This document shows, piece after piece, positions 39,112-52,034 of a stretch of DNA of 64,000 nt. The notes beneath the pieces were generated by a model. That model saw only the letters and a program-made list of their open reading frames with translations. It searched no databases and was not told where the DNA came from. Positions within the stretch are counted from its first letter, which is position 1, and every line of letters begins with the position of its first letter. The position numbers were made by a program, and so were the translations under genes. Source of the DNA: Eledone cirrhosa. Taxonomy: Eukaryota. The stretch is taken from the NCBI GenBank assembly GCA_964016885.1, contig OZ024750.1, positions 52,886,001 through 52,950,000 on the forward strand. Direction: 5' to 3'.

Positions 39112-39784
39112 TATGTATACGTACATACATATATGTATACAGACGTACAGTAGTATGTATATATATACATACATGCACACATATATATATATGCACGTAT
39201 CGGTTTACCGAACATTTATTATAATGCTCGGTTTGTTTGTTTGTAAACAAACAGCTCGAATTACGCCGTACGGTGTTTAGGCAACCACGTCACCTTTTTG
39301 TTCAACACTGACACAGGAACGATGTACTAGTTTCAAGCTTATTAGCTATCGTCAGCATCGTATACCTTCCTGCCAGATGGTTGAACGTCTGAAAGTATAT
39401 ACTTTCCTTATGCATATTAACGGCTGAGCAGCCTAATTTGCATATCGAGTGAGTTCAGTCGGCCGGGCACACCGAAAACGATAAATGGAATAGAATGAAA
39501 CGAAATTTCATTTCTCACTCTTAGTACGACACTTACTTAAATGTAAGTATGTATGTATGTATACGTACATACATATATGTATACAGACGTACAGTAGTAT
39601 GTATATATATACATACATGCACACATATATATATGCACGTATCGGTTTACCAAACATTTATTATAATGCTCGGTTTGTTTGTTTGTATACATATATGTAT
39701 GTACGTATACATACATACTTACATTTAAGTAAGTGCCGTACTAAGAGTGAGAAATGAAATTTCGTTTCATTCTATTCCATTTAT
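39112..39784. repeat. Interlocked direct and inverted duplications around the hammerhead
   Basis: 39112-39245 is repeated at ~39557-39687, and 39481-39584 is inverted at ~39685-39784. Confidence 0.85.
39319..39361 (-). ncRNA. Minimal type I hammerhead ribozyme, second family
   Basis: Minus strand reads ACGATG CTGACGA t AGCT-aata-AGCT t GAAA CTAG TA CATCGT: 6-bp stem I, palindromic stem III ACTAGT and a GUA cleavage triplet. Confidence 0.85.
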
Positions 39785-42700
39785 ATATATATATATATAT
39801 ATATATCATCATCATCATTATTTAGCGTCCACTTTCTACATTACCATGGTTTAAACGAGTTGTCCCATTTGAGGTAAGCTGGGTCAGGTGACTGTGTGTT
39901 GCTCATATGGAACTGTTTCTGGCTAGATTTCAACAGCTGGATGCCCCTTCATAATGCCAACCATATTTACAGTGAGTACTGTGTGCTTTATGTTGTGACT
40001 TTTATATGACCACTTTACAGTGTGGACTAGGTGTTATTTGTTGCGACACCTACACGACTCTTTACAGTGTGGACTAGGTGCTATTTGTTGCGACACCTAC
40101 AAGACCACTTTGCAGTATGGGCTAGATGCTTTTTGATGTGACACCGACAAGACCACTTTACAGTATGGGCTGGGTGCTTTTTGATGTGACACCTACACAA
40201 CCACGTTACAGTATGGGCTGGGTGCTATTTGTCAGAATTTATCAGATTGTCCCAGGTTTTTCTGGGTCTACCTACGTCGTAACTACCATCAATTTTGATC
40301 GCCCTGCACTTTTTTATACAGCTGTCATCTTTCATGCGCATCACGTGGCCATACCAACATAGTCTTCTCTCAAATAAACAGCATTTGATCCCTCTTATTC
40401 CTAATTTCTCACTTAGTTCATTTATGCTTTGCTGTTCACGTATATTACTATTACACATCCAACGGAGCATGCATGCTTTGTTCCTTTCCAGTCTGCGCAG
40501 GTCCTCTGCACATAATGCCCATATCTCACTGCTATGTAGCATTGCTGTACGTATACAAGCATCATACAATCTGCCTTTCATTTTTAGAGAGAAATCTTTA
40601 GTGGCCAACAGCGGTATAAGCTCTCTGAACTTTTTCCATCCTGTTCTGACTCTAGCTACTGTACTTTCAGAACACGCTCCACCACTGCTGATTTTGTCAC
40701 CCAGGTAACAGAAAGTGTTCACTATTTCTATAGAACCATCTGGGCAATAGAAGGAGCTAGTATCCTGTGGGCACTTGCTACTTATTGCACCTGAGCATCG
40801 GCCACATATAAAGTCTATGTTCTTAGATAGTTTACCTGTGATCCCACAACATCTTTTATGTACCCATACTTTGCATTTGGGACATAAAATGGAATTTCTG
40901 CCTACTCCTTTCCTACACACTGAGCATGGCCATTTCCCTGAGGGCAGCTGTGCCCTATTTTCCTTTCTACAAACTAAAACTTTAGTCTTAGACAAGTTAA
41001 CTTTAAGGCCTTTTGATTCTAGGCCATACTTCCATGTTTGGAATTTCTTCTCTAGTTCAGCCATAGATTCAGCTATGAGAGTTAGATCATCTGCGTATAG
41101 GAGCTCCCATGGGCAGCCGGTCTTGAACTCCTCTATTATAGCCTGAAGGGCAATAATAAATAGGATGGGGCTAAGGACAGAGCCTTGATGAACACCAACT
41201 TTTCCACTAAATTCTTCACAATATTCATTGTTAATTCTAACCTTACTGACTGTTTCTTTATACATAGCTTGTATAGCTCTCACAAGCAATTCATCTACAC
41301 CTAGTTTACTAAGAGCCCACCAAATAATAGAGTGGGGGACTCTGTCAAAGGCTTTCTCCAGGTCTACAAAAGCTAAGTAGAGGAGTTTACTTTTAGCTAG
41401 GTACTTCTCCTGTAGTTGTCATACAAGGAAAAGAGTGCCTGTGGTACTTTTACCTGACACAAAGCCAAACTGCATTTCATCTAGATCAATTCACTCTCTG
41501 ATTAGTTGCGCTATAACTCTTTCTGTGACCTTCATGACCTGGTCAACTAACTTAATTCTTCAATACTTTCCCCTATCTAAAGCATCCCCTTTACCCTTGT
41601 AGCAGTTAATGATGATGATGCTACACCAGTCTTTTGGTATGACTCCATTCTGTATTACTTGGTTAACTATACGGGTGACCATAGTATGTTCCACCATTCC
41701 AGATGCCTTCAACATCTCAGCAACTATCTCCGAAGGCCCAGCTGCCTTGCCTGTCTTCATATCTTTGATTGCCTTACTTATTATACTACCTTTAACTTGC
41801 ACCGCTGGTCCTTCTATTGGATCGATTTGGGGCAGACTATCTTTTTCCCATTTATTCTCCTCATTTAATAGTCTCTCGTAGTGACACTTCCAAGCTACCT
41901 TATTATCAGTAAAAGTAAGGGCAAGTACACCATTATCATTACAGACACACTTCTCCCCGACAATATCATGGTTTTCCTTGACACATTGTCTTGCAATCCT
42001 GAACACCTCACGTTTTTGGTCCTCACGTTGTAGAACATGCTTGAACTTTCTATCCTCTGCTTCCCTTATTGCAAGGTACACTTGTCTCCTAGGTTCTCTC
42101 CTGGCCACTTGATAGTGCTTTCTACTTCCCCCATCCTGCCATACTTTCCAAGCCTGCTTTTTGGCCTTGATTGTCTCCTCCACCCTACTGTTCCACCACC
42201 AAGTTACTCTCCTCCTGCCAATAGGTCTGCTCCAGCCACAGATTTCATCCGTTGCTTTCAGTAGGTTCACTTTCAAGAATTCCCACTGTTCCTCTATATT
42301 GCACATCTCTAATTGCTCTTCCTTATTGTCAAAGGCAACAAATAATAAGCTTTTAAATTTGTTACTGGCTGTGGGGTCCTTCAACTTCCATATTCTTCTC
42401 CTCAAGGTAGGCCTCCTCTGTCGTCGAGTATGTCTATTTGTGACTATTCACTAACTACTAGGCTATGTTGGGAGGTGCATTCTTCACGGGGGGAGGGATT
42501 TAGTGTTTACAACAGACACTTTGTCACGTCTTCTAGTAAGGATATAATCTATCTGGTTGGTGTGTTCTCCTGATCTATAGGTGATCAAATGGTTTTCTCA
42601 TTTTTTTCTCGTTTTATTTGTATTACAGATAGTTAGGTTATTAGTGTCACAGAATTCCAGGATTCTGAAGCCCTCCTCATTTCTATTTCCAAACCCATAG

Positions 42701-42880
42701 CCTCCATGGATTCCATCATAGCCATCACCATGTTGTCCAATGTGACCGTTTAGGTCACCAGCAATAATTAAGTAGTTGCTGTCAGTTATTTGGGAGGTAG
42801 TGTGCGTCTCATAGAACCTGTCCTTTAAAACGTCAGGTAGACCAGATTGGGTGCATAAGCGGATATTATTGTTACAGTAA

Positions 42881-43795
42881 TCTATATATATAAAACTGTG
42901 GTTGTCTGTCTGTCTATCGATTTTTGGCACACATCTCCTCTTAGAATCTCTCACGGAATTGCACCGAAATTGCTATACTTGTACATTGATCCCTAGCGAA
43001 GACATCCGAAAAAAAAAAATTTCAAATTGACCCACCCTATGTGACGAAATCGAATATAATGTATCGATTTTTGAGCGTAAGTTATCAGTTATTTCCCTTT
43101 GTTCTGTTTACATTGAGCGTCTTACGTAAAAAATTACGCTGGCTTTAACAGTTGTCGAGCCAGCAAAATATTGACCTGCAAAATTCATCAGTTCGAACAC
43201 TAAGCTTCCGTTTTGCTTCATTTCCATTTAAAAGCATTTTAAAACAATATTTTTACTTGAAAACAAGTCTATTTAAAGACTACGTAAAACAAGCAAATAT
43301 TTCGTCGTTAGGCGTGCAGACAGATAGTCGTGCAGACAGACAGTCGTGCAGAGAGGTGATATAGGCGTGCAGACAGACAGTCGTGCAGAGAGGTGATATA
43401 GGCGTGCAGACAGACAGTCGTGCAGAGAGGTGATATAGGCGTGCAGACAGACAGTCGTGCAGAGAGGTGATATAGGCGTGCAGACAGACATAACTGATAA
43501 TTTGGTTACGCTAATGTTTTTCTCTGCGTTGCAGTGTTTACATTTTCAATCTTTGTTAATAAATAACCAGTGCAGTTTCTATCCCCAGCATCCTCTTTTG
43601 TTATAACATTCGGGTTATCGTTATGTTTTCTTAACTTCATAAGGTATATTGTTGGTTGAGGGAATATTAATCAAAAACACCACATGCAAGTCTGCACAGT
43701 AGACACTACAGTTTTTAAGCCAAGAAAGAAACTTAACATTGTAACTTTAACACAGCTACTGAGCGACCCCGAGCAACGCCGGGCTTTACTGCTAG
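42881..43795 (+). mobile_element. Non-autonomous Helitron
   Basis: 5' TCTATATATATAAAA, 3' hairpin CCCGAGCAACGCCGGG then CTAG, inserted between A and T with no TSD. Removing it restores the RTE reading LVLNR-ITVTIISAYAP. Confidence 0.92.
43311..43490. repeat. 37-bp minisatellite inside the Helitron (~4.5 copies)
   Basis: Unit GGCGTGCAGACAGACAGTCGTGCAGAGAGGTGATATA. Confidence 0.95.
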
Positions 43796-44684
43796 TTCTA
43801 TTTAAAACTAGTCTTATTTTAATTATTCTGTCATTCATTCTATTTACGGCAATTACCTTATCTACCCATTTTTCAGCTAACATAATTCCTACACCATCCT
43901 GTCCGTTGTCATTTCCCACCCAGAAAAGTTTTTAGCATCGTTTTTTACCCCTCGATGAATCTGGCAGACCCACCCCTCCACCTAGTCTCTTTAATACAAC
44001 AAACATCAACTTCTTTATGTTCAAGCATCTCTACAACCTCATTGACCTTTCAATGTGCCTACGTTCATGGTACCAACTCTGAAGTTGGGAAGGTGGGGTG
44101 GATGGGCTGGAGGGGCAGGGAGGGGTGTGGGAGACAGAATTATGTTGGTCATCCGTGTCTGAAATAAAAAGGGGTCCTTGTATTCTCGTCCTGCAGCGGG
44201 GGGTGAATTTATCTTTATCTGTGACATTGTCATTGAGTGTTTAGACTTTCCAAATTCCACAGTCAACCCATCAAACAGGTCTAAACTTAAGGAGTAGTAA
44301 CCGAGGTGGTAGCTTTACTATACTGATTTGTTAGAGAACTTACTATAAGCCGCTGAGTTATGATTGGACCATATAGCAATGGTGGTGTGTGGGGTAGGAG
44401 GGCGTGAAATGGGTAATTTTAGGAGAAGGTTAGTTTTTAGTAAGGGTCCAACAGAATGAGACATATTAAAAACGTAAAATATTAATTGAAAATCTGAGAA
44501 TTTGAATTCTAGACTGGCATAAATAGAAGTTTAAAATGCTGCTTATTGAGTCAACTACGGATAAAAGGAAAGACAAGTGTTTTGCTTACATTCTCAAATT
44601 GACAGATCGTCCGTAAGAAATCATGAATGAATATTATGTAATTTATCTACTAAATTTTGTAGCTCTTGATTATACATAAATAAT

Positions 44685-44871
44685 TGTTTCTACTTTAGGC
44701 ACAAGGTCAGCAATTACCCAGTGCATTACTGGTACTTTATTTTATCGACCCCGTAAGGATGAAAGGCAAAGTCAGCCTCGGCGAGATTTGAACTCAGATC
44801 GTAAAGGTACGTAACTATGCTGGAAAGCATGGCGTCCGACCCTCTACCGATACTGCCAATTCACCGCCCTT
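44685..44871 (-). mobile_element. tRNA-derived SINE with 16-bp TSD
   Basis: Reverse-complement homologue of the 21997 copy. ATTATACATAAATAAT occurs at 44669-44684 and 44872-44887. Confidence 0.92.
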
Positions 44872-45072
44872 ATTATACATAAATAATCTTATATATAATG
44901 TATTGATTATTTCAAGATTCACTTCTTTTAAAATTTTCAAATGTTAACTTTTCTGTTAGCGTTCGTTATATCATACTTCGCCGTACGCTATATTTCCTTT
45001 GTTATATCATAACGTTTATATTTCCATCACTAATCTCATTTTCTCCTTTTCCGTTTTCATTACATTTCGCCG

Positions 45073-45775
45073 TCTTAGTCTTAGATTCTTCCGCGCCGTT
45101 CGGCGCATCGAGCAGTAAGTACTCACCAACGGTCACGATCAGCGGCAACTTTTTCGAGACTGTGCCAGGTGATGTTGGCTGCCATCAGGTCCTTCCGGAA
45201 CGTTCGTCGCCAGGTGATCCTTGGGCAACCCCACCTCCGTTTACCGCCAGGCGGAGTCCAGTTCACTGCTGTATTCAAATGTCGTTCATTTGGCAGACGC
45301 AGAATATGGCGGTCAGCCAGCCAGCACCGACGCTCCATCACCACTCTCTGTAGCGTCCACGACTCGACTCTCCACAGGATCTCCTCGTTTCGCACTCAGT
45401 TGTGCCAGGACACACGAAGGATCTTTTGCAGGCACCGCTGGTGGAAAGCGTTCAGCCGTCTCTCTATTTTTGCCGTTCTCTTCCAGGTCTCGCTCGCATA
45501 AAGCACTGTCGGCAGCACGATGCTCTTGTAGAGGCGGAGCTTGGTCTTGGTGCTAGTGCATGAAGACGACCAGACTGGGCAGAGCCGCTGGAAAACTGCG
45601 GCTCCTTTGCCGATCCGACAGTTGATGTCGAGCTCCGCATTTCCGCTGCTTGTCAGGATGCTGCCCAGACAGGTGAAGTGATCGATTTCCTCGAGGTCCT
45701 GTTGGTTGACTCTGATCACTGGACCTGTGTTGCTGGCCGTTCTCATGACCTTGGTCTTTTTGGTGTTGATTCTAA
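45073..45775 (-). mobile_element. 3' fragment of a GC-rich RTE-type LINE lacking the PHD insert
   Basis: KTKVM...HFTCLGS...VLLY-like VLYASETW...FHQRCL...GCPRITW, with a 3' hairpin GCGCCGAACGGCGC and a (CTAAGA)2 tail. Confidence 0.88.
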
Positions 45776-45917
45776 TGCAGTTTATATATAATATCGTCTT
45801 TTTCAAATGTATCATGGATTACTTTACTGATTACAGAAGACAGTGTAACACAGTCTCTCTTCAATTTCTGTGCATTTCCTCAATTTCCTTTTCATTCAAC
45901 ATATATCTACATACATA

Positions 45918-47393
45918 TTATAATGTAACTATATATTAAAGAAAATATTAAATTACTAATTTCGTAGTCAATTAATCTTAGTTTATATTTACAATTATAT
46001 TTTAGTAGATATTATATGAGTGGAAACATATTTAACAGTTGGTGTTGCTATTTTTTAAAACTTGCTAGGGTATCATGTTACCGGATTAATCAATTAGTTC
46101 AAAGGAAATTATGTATGTATTGAAGCCTATTTTATCATTTTATGTTAGAATTAATTCATTTAGGTATTATTTAAAATTTAAGATAGGTGTTAAAGTTATA
46201 ATTAAGAAATATTATATAACTTATTTCTATTTAGCTTTATTTATATTTTAACAAATTTGTTTAAAACTATATATAAAGAAATATTATATTACTTATTTCA
46301 TAGTCTATTTAGCTTTTTTTATATTTTAACTAAATACCCTATGAAAAGTCTTGGTGAATTTGTGAAAAAATCAATTATTATTTTCTTTTTCTTATTAAGG
46401 GCGCTATTCAAAAAAATAGCAACACCAACTGTTAAATATGTTTCCACTCATATATCTACTAAAATATAATTGTAAATATACGAGGTGTGTCAGAAAATTT
46501 CCAGGACTGATATCACAAAAGATTTATTTCAAACCCAAACTTCACACTAAGAGTTTTCTCCTTCAAAGTAATCCCCCTGGAGTCTAATGCACCTTTCCAT
46601 CCTTTTCTGCCATGTTTGCATGCACTCCTGGAAGGATTCTTCGGGGATCCTCCGCAGTTCCATCATCACGGCCTTTTTGATGTTGTCCACGACTTCAAAA
46701 CAGGTCCCCTCCAGGTCGTACTCGAAGATCCATGACTCATCACTGGTGATGACTGTTCCTAGCAAGTCTGGTTCGGTTTCAAGACGCTCGAGGATGTCCT
46801 GGTACACTTGCAGGCGTCGACCCTTCTGGTCATCGTTCAGCAGTTTTGGCACCATCTTCGCGCAGACTTTCCGCATGTCCAAATCTTCAGTGAGAATCTT
46901 CCAGACGCTGTCCCGATTCATGCCCAGCTCATTTGCCATCAGTCGAACAGTCAGCCGACGATCGCTACGCACCATCTGCCTGACGCGCTCAACGTTGACC
47001 TCAGTCCTGGTTGTTGAGGGCCTTCCACTCCTGGGGTCATCTTGCACCACTCAAAAACACGTGAGTGTGACATCGTCTCATCTCCATACACTTGCTGCAG
47101 CAATCCCAGTGTTTCTGACGGAGTTTTCCCCAACCGTACCAGAAACTTCAAGTTTGTTCGTTGCTCTGTGCTCATTGCTTGACGACCTGAAACAGAGGAC
47201 ATGTATAAAAAATTATGAAGAAAAAAGTTTGATCGCTGCAGAGAGATAAGATTACAGTTACATACTCCAGGGGGATTACTTTGAATGAGAAAACTCTTAG
47301 TGTGAAGTTTGGGTTTGAAATAAACCTCGTAAACTAAGATTAATTGACTACGAAATTAGTAATTTAATATTTTCTTTTATAGTTTCATTATAA
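45918..47393. mobile_element. AT-rich foldback/MITE-like element whose right arm is split by the mariner
   Basis: 45918-46056 is reverse-complementary to 46411-46480 joined to 47332-47393. Confidence 0.75.
46481..47329 (-). mobile_element. Internally deleted, rearranged mariner transposon with TA TSD
   Basis: TA-CGAGG...CCTCG-TA ends. Transposase remnants EQRTNLKF, DDPRSGRP, VCAKMVPKLL, TSDESW and QGDYFE; the middle of the catalytic domain is deleted and there is a frameshift at ~47050. Confidence 0.92.
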
Positions 47394-48270
47394 CTTCAGC
47401 ATCTTTGAATAAATATTTAAAATTTGAATAAATATTTAAAATTTCTAAAATGTTTCCATATAGTATCTAATTTAATCTAACATATGTGATAAATAAATAG
47501 ACTAATGGTCCATACTTGTTTTCTTTTGATTTGTTTGACCAATCCGGTAACCTCATACTCTAGCCAATTCAAAAACGCCAACACCAACTGTAATATTTTT
47601 CCCACTCAAACAATATCTTCTGTGTGGAGGTTTTTTTGCAGGTAGGCTCGCCAGTCACTGAACTGAATAGCTCGTCTGGCCACCTGCATATCAAATGATA
47701 TCTACATCTCCTGTGGATTTTATCTGAAGAGAACATGTTTTGACTTATGTTATACATAAGCCATACATCTTCAAAATATGTATAATAAAATATATGGGGA
47801 TGGACTAAAATAATTGTCTTTATTGTTTATTATTATTATTATTATAAATAATCATAGACAAGCTTACATACTGAGGCATATCTGAGGATCTTTCGATTCC
47901 AGAGTCAGGTTTGATCAATAATAGATCGTTCCTCGAGCTGATCGACAGTGAAACATATGTAATATGTAATATATATGATGTAACACTGATTCTTTGTTCC
48001 TTTATTCTAATACTATTATACTCTGCTCTGCACGAGCATCGAGTGCTCCCCCGGTATACTGCCTACAGACAATTATCTTGCACCTATAGACCTATATATT
48101 TACCCCGCTATATTCTTCCACACTGCTAGACTGATCTTTGGGTAATTTTACAGAACCGCCACTTATACCCAATCAACTCTTTAAACAACTGATCATATAA
48201 TTATACAGATTCCATCTAAAGTGTCTTTACATTTCTAGGCCTTTAAGCCTACACTGAACTTGCAACTTTA

Positions 48271-48869
48271 TCTATATATCTAAAACAGAGCATGTCTGTC
48301 TGTCTCCCTAAAATTCAAGAACCACCCAACCGATTGTTTTCAAACTTTACAAATGTAATACTTATGGTTTTGTGAGTGTTTTGAGCAAAAGATATTTCAA
48401 ATGTTCAATGCCCTAGGGACCACATTAGGCGATTTAGCGATCTCCCTCTATAATTCTTAGTCTTTCTTTTTAGATAGATACATAGATATAACGTTGCACC
48501 CTTATAATATATGTCTGTATTTCCGGCTGTCTGCATTACGACATTATGACTTCACTATCTGTGTGTGTATATATGTATATGTAGTGTGTAACGTTTTTCG
48601 AAATATTTACTTCTGCGGTCACAGATTGATGTTTTTTAGTTTCAGAAGATCCCGTTAAGGGTGAAAGCAGCGATTCTTTGATTAAACTTTAATCTGTTAT
48701 TTTAATATATATATATATAATTATATATTTATGTACAGATATTTTTGCATACACAATAACAAAATATAAACGAACGTATTTATTTCACGAGGCTTGATAA
48801 GGATAAATATATATCAAATATATAAGAACCCTAGAGCAAATCCCGAGCAACGCCGGGCCATTCTGATAG
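48271..48869 (+). mobile_element. Second non-autonomous Helitron with the same end family
   Basis: A|TCTATATATCTAAAAC...GTCTGTCTGTC at the 5' end. Identical hairpin CCCGAGCAACGCCGGG (48842-48857), ending ATAG|T (mutated CTAG). Confidence 0.82.
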
Positions 48870-49596
48870 TACTAACTAAATTTATGTATAGTCTCTAATG
48901 ACTTTACTCATGATTGATACTCATACTCATACCTTAACACTGCCTCATTAAATTGAATTGACAAACCATAATTAAATTAACTCCTTGTAACAATAAATAA
49001 AAAATGTTTTACTATGCCGGTAGCGGTCATAAGTTTGACAGGTAACTTTACATTGCACCGGTAATTACCTCCCTTAGAGCACAATGACTTTTCCTCCATT
49101 TTTCTGTACGGAATAATGCATTCCGATGTTAAAATATGTTTCTACTCGTACAGGGTACTTTATGAAATACTTTGCCTTTATAATTGTAAGAGCTTTATAT
49201 GTTTTAACGGCTTGCAACTCCTTCATTAATACATATATATATAAATGTAAATATATCATCACCATTCAACATCTATTTTCCATGGTTCCATGAGTTAGAT
49301 GGGCTGTCACCTGATGTGGCTAAACAGGTCAGGTGACCACGTCTTCGACATACAATCCACTTTTGGCTCAGTTTTCTATTGCTGGATACCTTTCCATCTT
49401 ATATATATATTGTTGTATTTGGGGAGGGTCACGTTATAATATTGTCAGAAATAATAATAAAACACACTCACTGTTTGGTTTGGGTTGGTTTTCGCTTCTG
49501 TATCTTTTATATCTCCATAGTTAATTTATCTGGCAATCAATGTTTATGAGTGATTGACAAACAGTTATAAATACAGATAAAAACATATATATAGTC

Positions 49597-49640
49597 TATC
49601 AAAATTCTTTCATCACACACCTGTGACATCATCAGTGGTA
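49597..49640 (-). ncRNA. Degenerate minimal hammerhead, same family as 5875-5920
   Basis: Minus strand reads tacca CTGATGA t GTCACA ggtg TGTGAT GAAA gaat TT tgata. Confidence 0.55.
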
Positions 49641-49699
49641 CTATTATATTTCCTCCCAGTGTATTGTAATGTCTACGCCATAAAAAAAGGTTGTGTGTC

Positions 49700-52034
49700 C
49701 GGAGACACCAAAGAGGATCCAGAAGGGAGCAAACGTTACCAGTTGGAACCTAGAACATCGCAACCCTTACAGGTAAGGAGCAGGAACTAAAGGAGGAGAC
49801 TAGATATAGTCGGGGTTTCCTCAACAAAGTTCCATGGCTCTGATACTGTAGATTTGGATGGAGGATGGAAACTCCACTATTCAGGTGTGGTGCCAGAAAT
49901 GACTGCACTGGTGGTAGTGGAGATACTCACAGGACCTTGGCTGTCAGAATATCTTACGGACTGGATACCATTGGGAGGGAGGGTTTGCCTCTTGACACTT
50001 AGGCTGAAAGATAGGTCTGTGGGTGGTGCTAGTTTATGTACCAAACAAGCAGTCTGAATACAGGTCCTTCCTTGATAAAGTTACTGTAGAGTTAGATGGA
50101 GTTATGACTGAGTCATATATCCTGATGGGAGACTTTAATGCACATGTTGGTACTGACCACCTGACATGGAAAGGAGTGATTGGAGGGAATGGCAACCCTG
50201 ATCTAAATATGAATGGAGAGGCCTTACTAGACTTCTGTTCTACCACTGGACTCTCTATTATAAACACCTTCTTCCAGCACAGAGACATCCATTAATATAC
50301 ATGGTATAAGGGAAATCAGGGACAGAGATCAGTAATTGATTTTGTTATTGTCTCTGATCTCTTTGATTGTTTGTTTGCTGAATGTCCCTGTTAAGAGAGA
50401 GGCTGAGCTGTCAACTGATCACCTTCAAGTTATCTGCAACTTGAGACTACCTAAATCCAAAGAAGTCAATAAAACTGACAGGTCCAGAATGACCTACAGG
50501 ATAAAGTGGGAAGCATTGGTGGATAAGGAAGTCAGGACCAGGTATGCATCCAAATTTAGAGAACTCCCTGAGTAAATTAAGTGGAGATTGTTCAGCAGTT
50601 TCTGCTTCAGCTGTTAAATGCTGCGGGCGAAAGAGGCTTGGTGTGGTGCTGGATGGCAAGAAAACACCTTGGTTCAATCAAGAGGTCGCAGATGCCATCC
50701 AAGCAAAGAAGGAGGCTTACAAAGCTTGACTTCGAAATAAGTCCTTCCTGCACTTGCGATACAAGCAGGTATGTAAAATCGCAGCAGAGACAGTAAAGGT
50801 GTCCAAAGTTAAGACATGGAAGGACTTTGAGGTTAAGCTGGAATCCAACTTCAGACCAGCAAATAAAGTGTTCTGGCAGACCACCCACCAACTTTGTAAT
50901 AAGAAGCCCTCCTTCACACCTGCTATCAAGAACACATCTTAGGTTCTCCTCTCTTCAGAGAGGTGCATCCTCATGAGGTGGAGAGAATACTTTGCTTACC
51001 TCCAAAACCCAATCACAACAACATCTTCGGATGTACACGAGGTGCATCTATGAGTGGTGACTAATCTCTCAGAGGTTGAGGTCACAAGATCAGTTAAAGA
51101 GCTCAAATGTGGCAAGGCCGCTGGGGTTAGATGAAATCCAGCCTGAGATGTTAAAAGCCTCAAACAGAGAAGGTATTCTCAGGCTGACTCGTGTGTTGGG
51201 TGGCCTGTATCTCTGGAAGGGCACCTGAGCAATGGCAATCGGGAGTGATAATCCCAATTTTCCAAAAGGGAGACAAGAGAGATTATTCCAATTACAGAGG
51301 GATCTCTTTGTTAAGCCTCCCCAGTAAAGTCTATGTTAAGTGTTTGGCAAAGAGATGCAGGGAGATTGTCGAGTCCAAGTTAGCTGAAGAACAGTGCAGT
51401 TTTCGCTCCAAATGCAACACACCTGACCAAATATACGCACTGTGGTAGGTCTTCAAGAAATTATGGGAATATTGCCAAGATGAATATTCTTTGGTTTGTA
51501 GACCTTGAGAAGGCATATGACAGTGTACCTCAGGACCTGCTGTGGAAGGCTGTGCTGGAGTATAGGATTGATGGTCAGTTTCTTGCTGCCTTGATGACTC
51601 TATACATATATCCAAGTATTTTTGTTTGGATAAATGGTGCTAAATCGAAACCATTCAGTGTGGGAGTCGGACTCCGCCAAGGGTGCATACTGTCACCTCT
51701 CCTGTTTATGATTTTCATGGACAGGATTGACATGTGCAGCTGGGTTGGAAGTGGTATCATGACTGGCAGGTGTAAAATCAGTCAGCTGGAATTTGCAGAC
51801 GATATGATGTTACTCAACTCGACAGAAGGTGATCTTTGACTTGAACTTGATAGGTTTGATGCCAAGTGCTGCATGGAAGGAATGAAAATCAGTGCTGCAA
51901 AAACTGAGACACTCGTCCTCCCAAGGAAGCCTGTGTAGTGTACTCTACATGTAAATGGAGTTCCACTGAAGAAGGTAGATACGTTCAAGTATCTCAGGGC
52001 TGTGTTCACAAGTGATGGAAGGCAGGAGGCTGAA
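49700..52034 (+). mobile_element. Old decayed RTE-clade LINE (APE and RT, no PHD insert)
   Basis: LMGDFNAHVG, NTFFQHR, LSTDH, NYRGISLLS, FVDLEKAYDSVP, GLRQGCILSP, FADD and FKYL; many stops. Confidence 0.88.

Larger units (their letters stand above)
39805..44450 (-). mobile_element. Full-length decayed RTE LINE (APE-RT-PHD-like) interrupted by a Helitron
   Basis: APE start RVGTMNVGTL at ~44050-44080, GDLNGHIG, TWWWNS, and ORF 40225-41289 with GVHQGSVLSP, LLYADDL and CYLGD. The 3' UTR has 48-bp repeats (39965-40226) and a (GAT)n tail. Confidence 0.93.

Noticed and set aside
47560-47760. Possible host exon (minus-strand VARRAIQFSDWRAYLQKNL after a CAG)
   Set aside because: Short, with stops nearby and no recognisable family or partner exons; a homology search would be needed.
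48642-48672. Hammerhead-like CAGAAGA-tCCC..GGGt-GAAA inside the Helitron
   Set aside because: Core U4 is missing, and there is no stem I or stem III/NUH.
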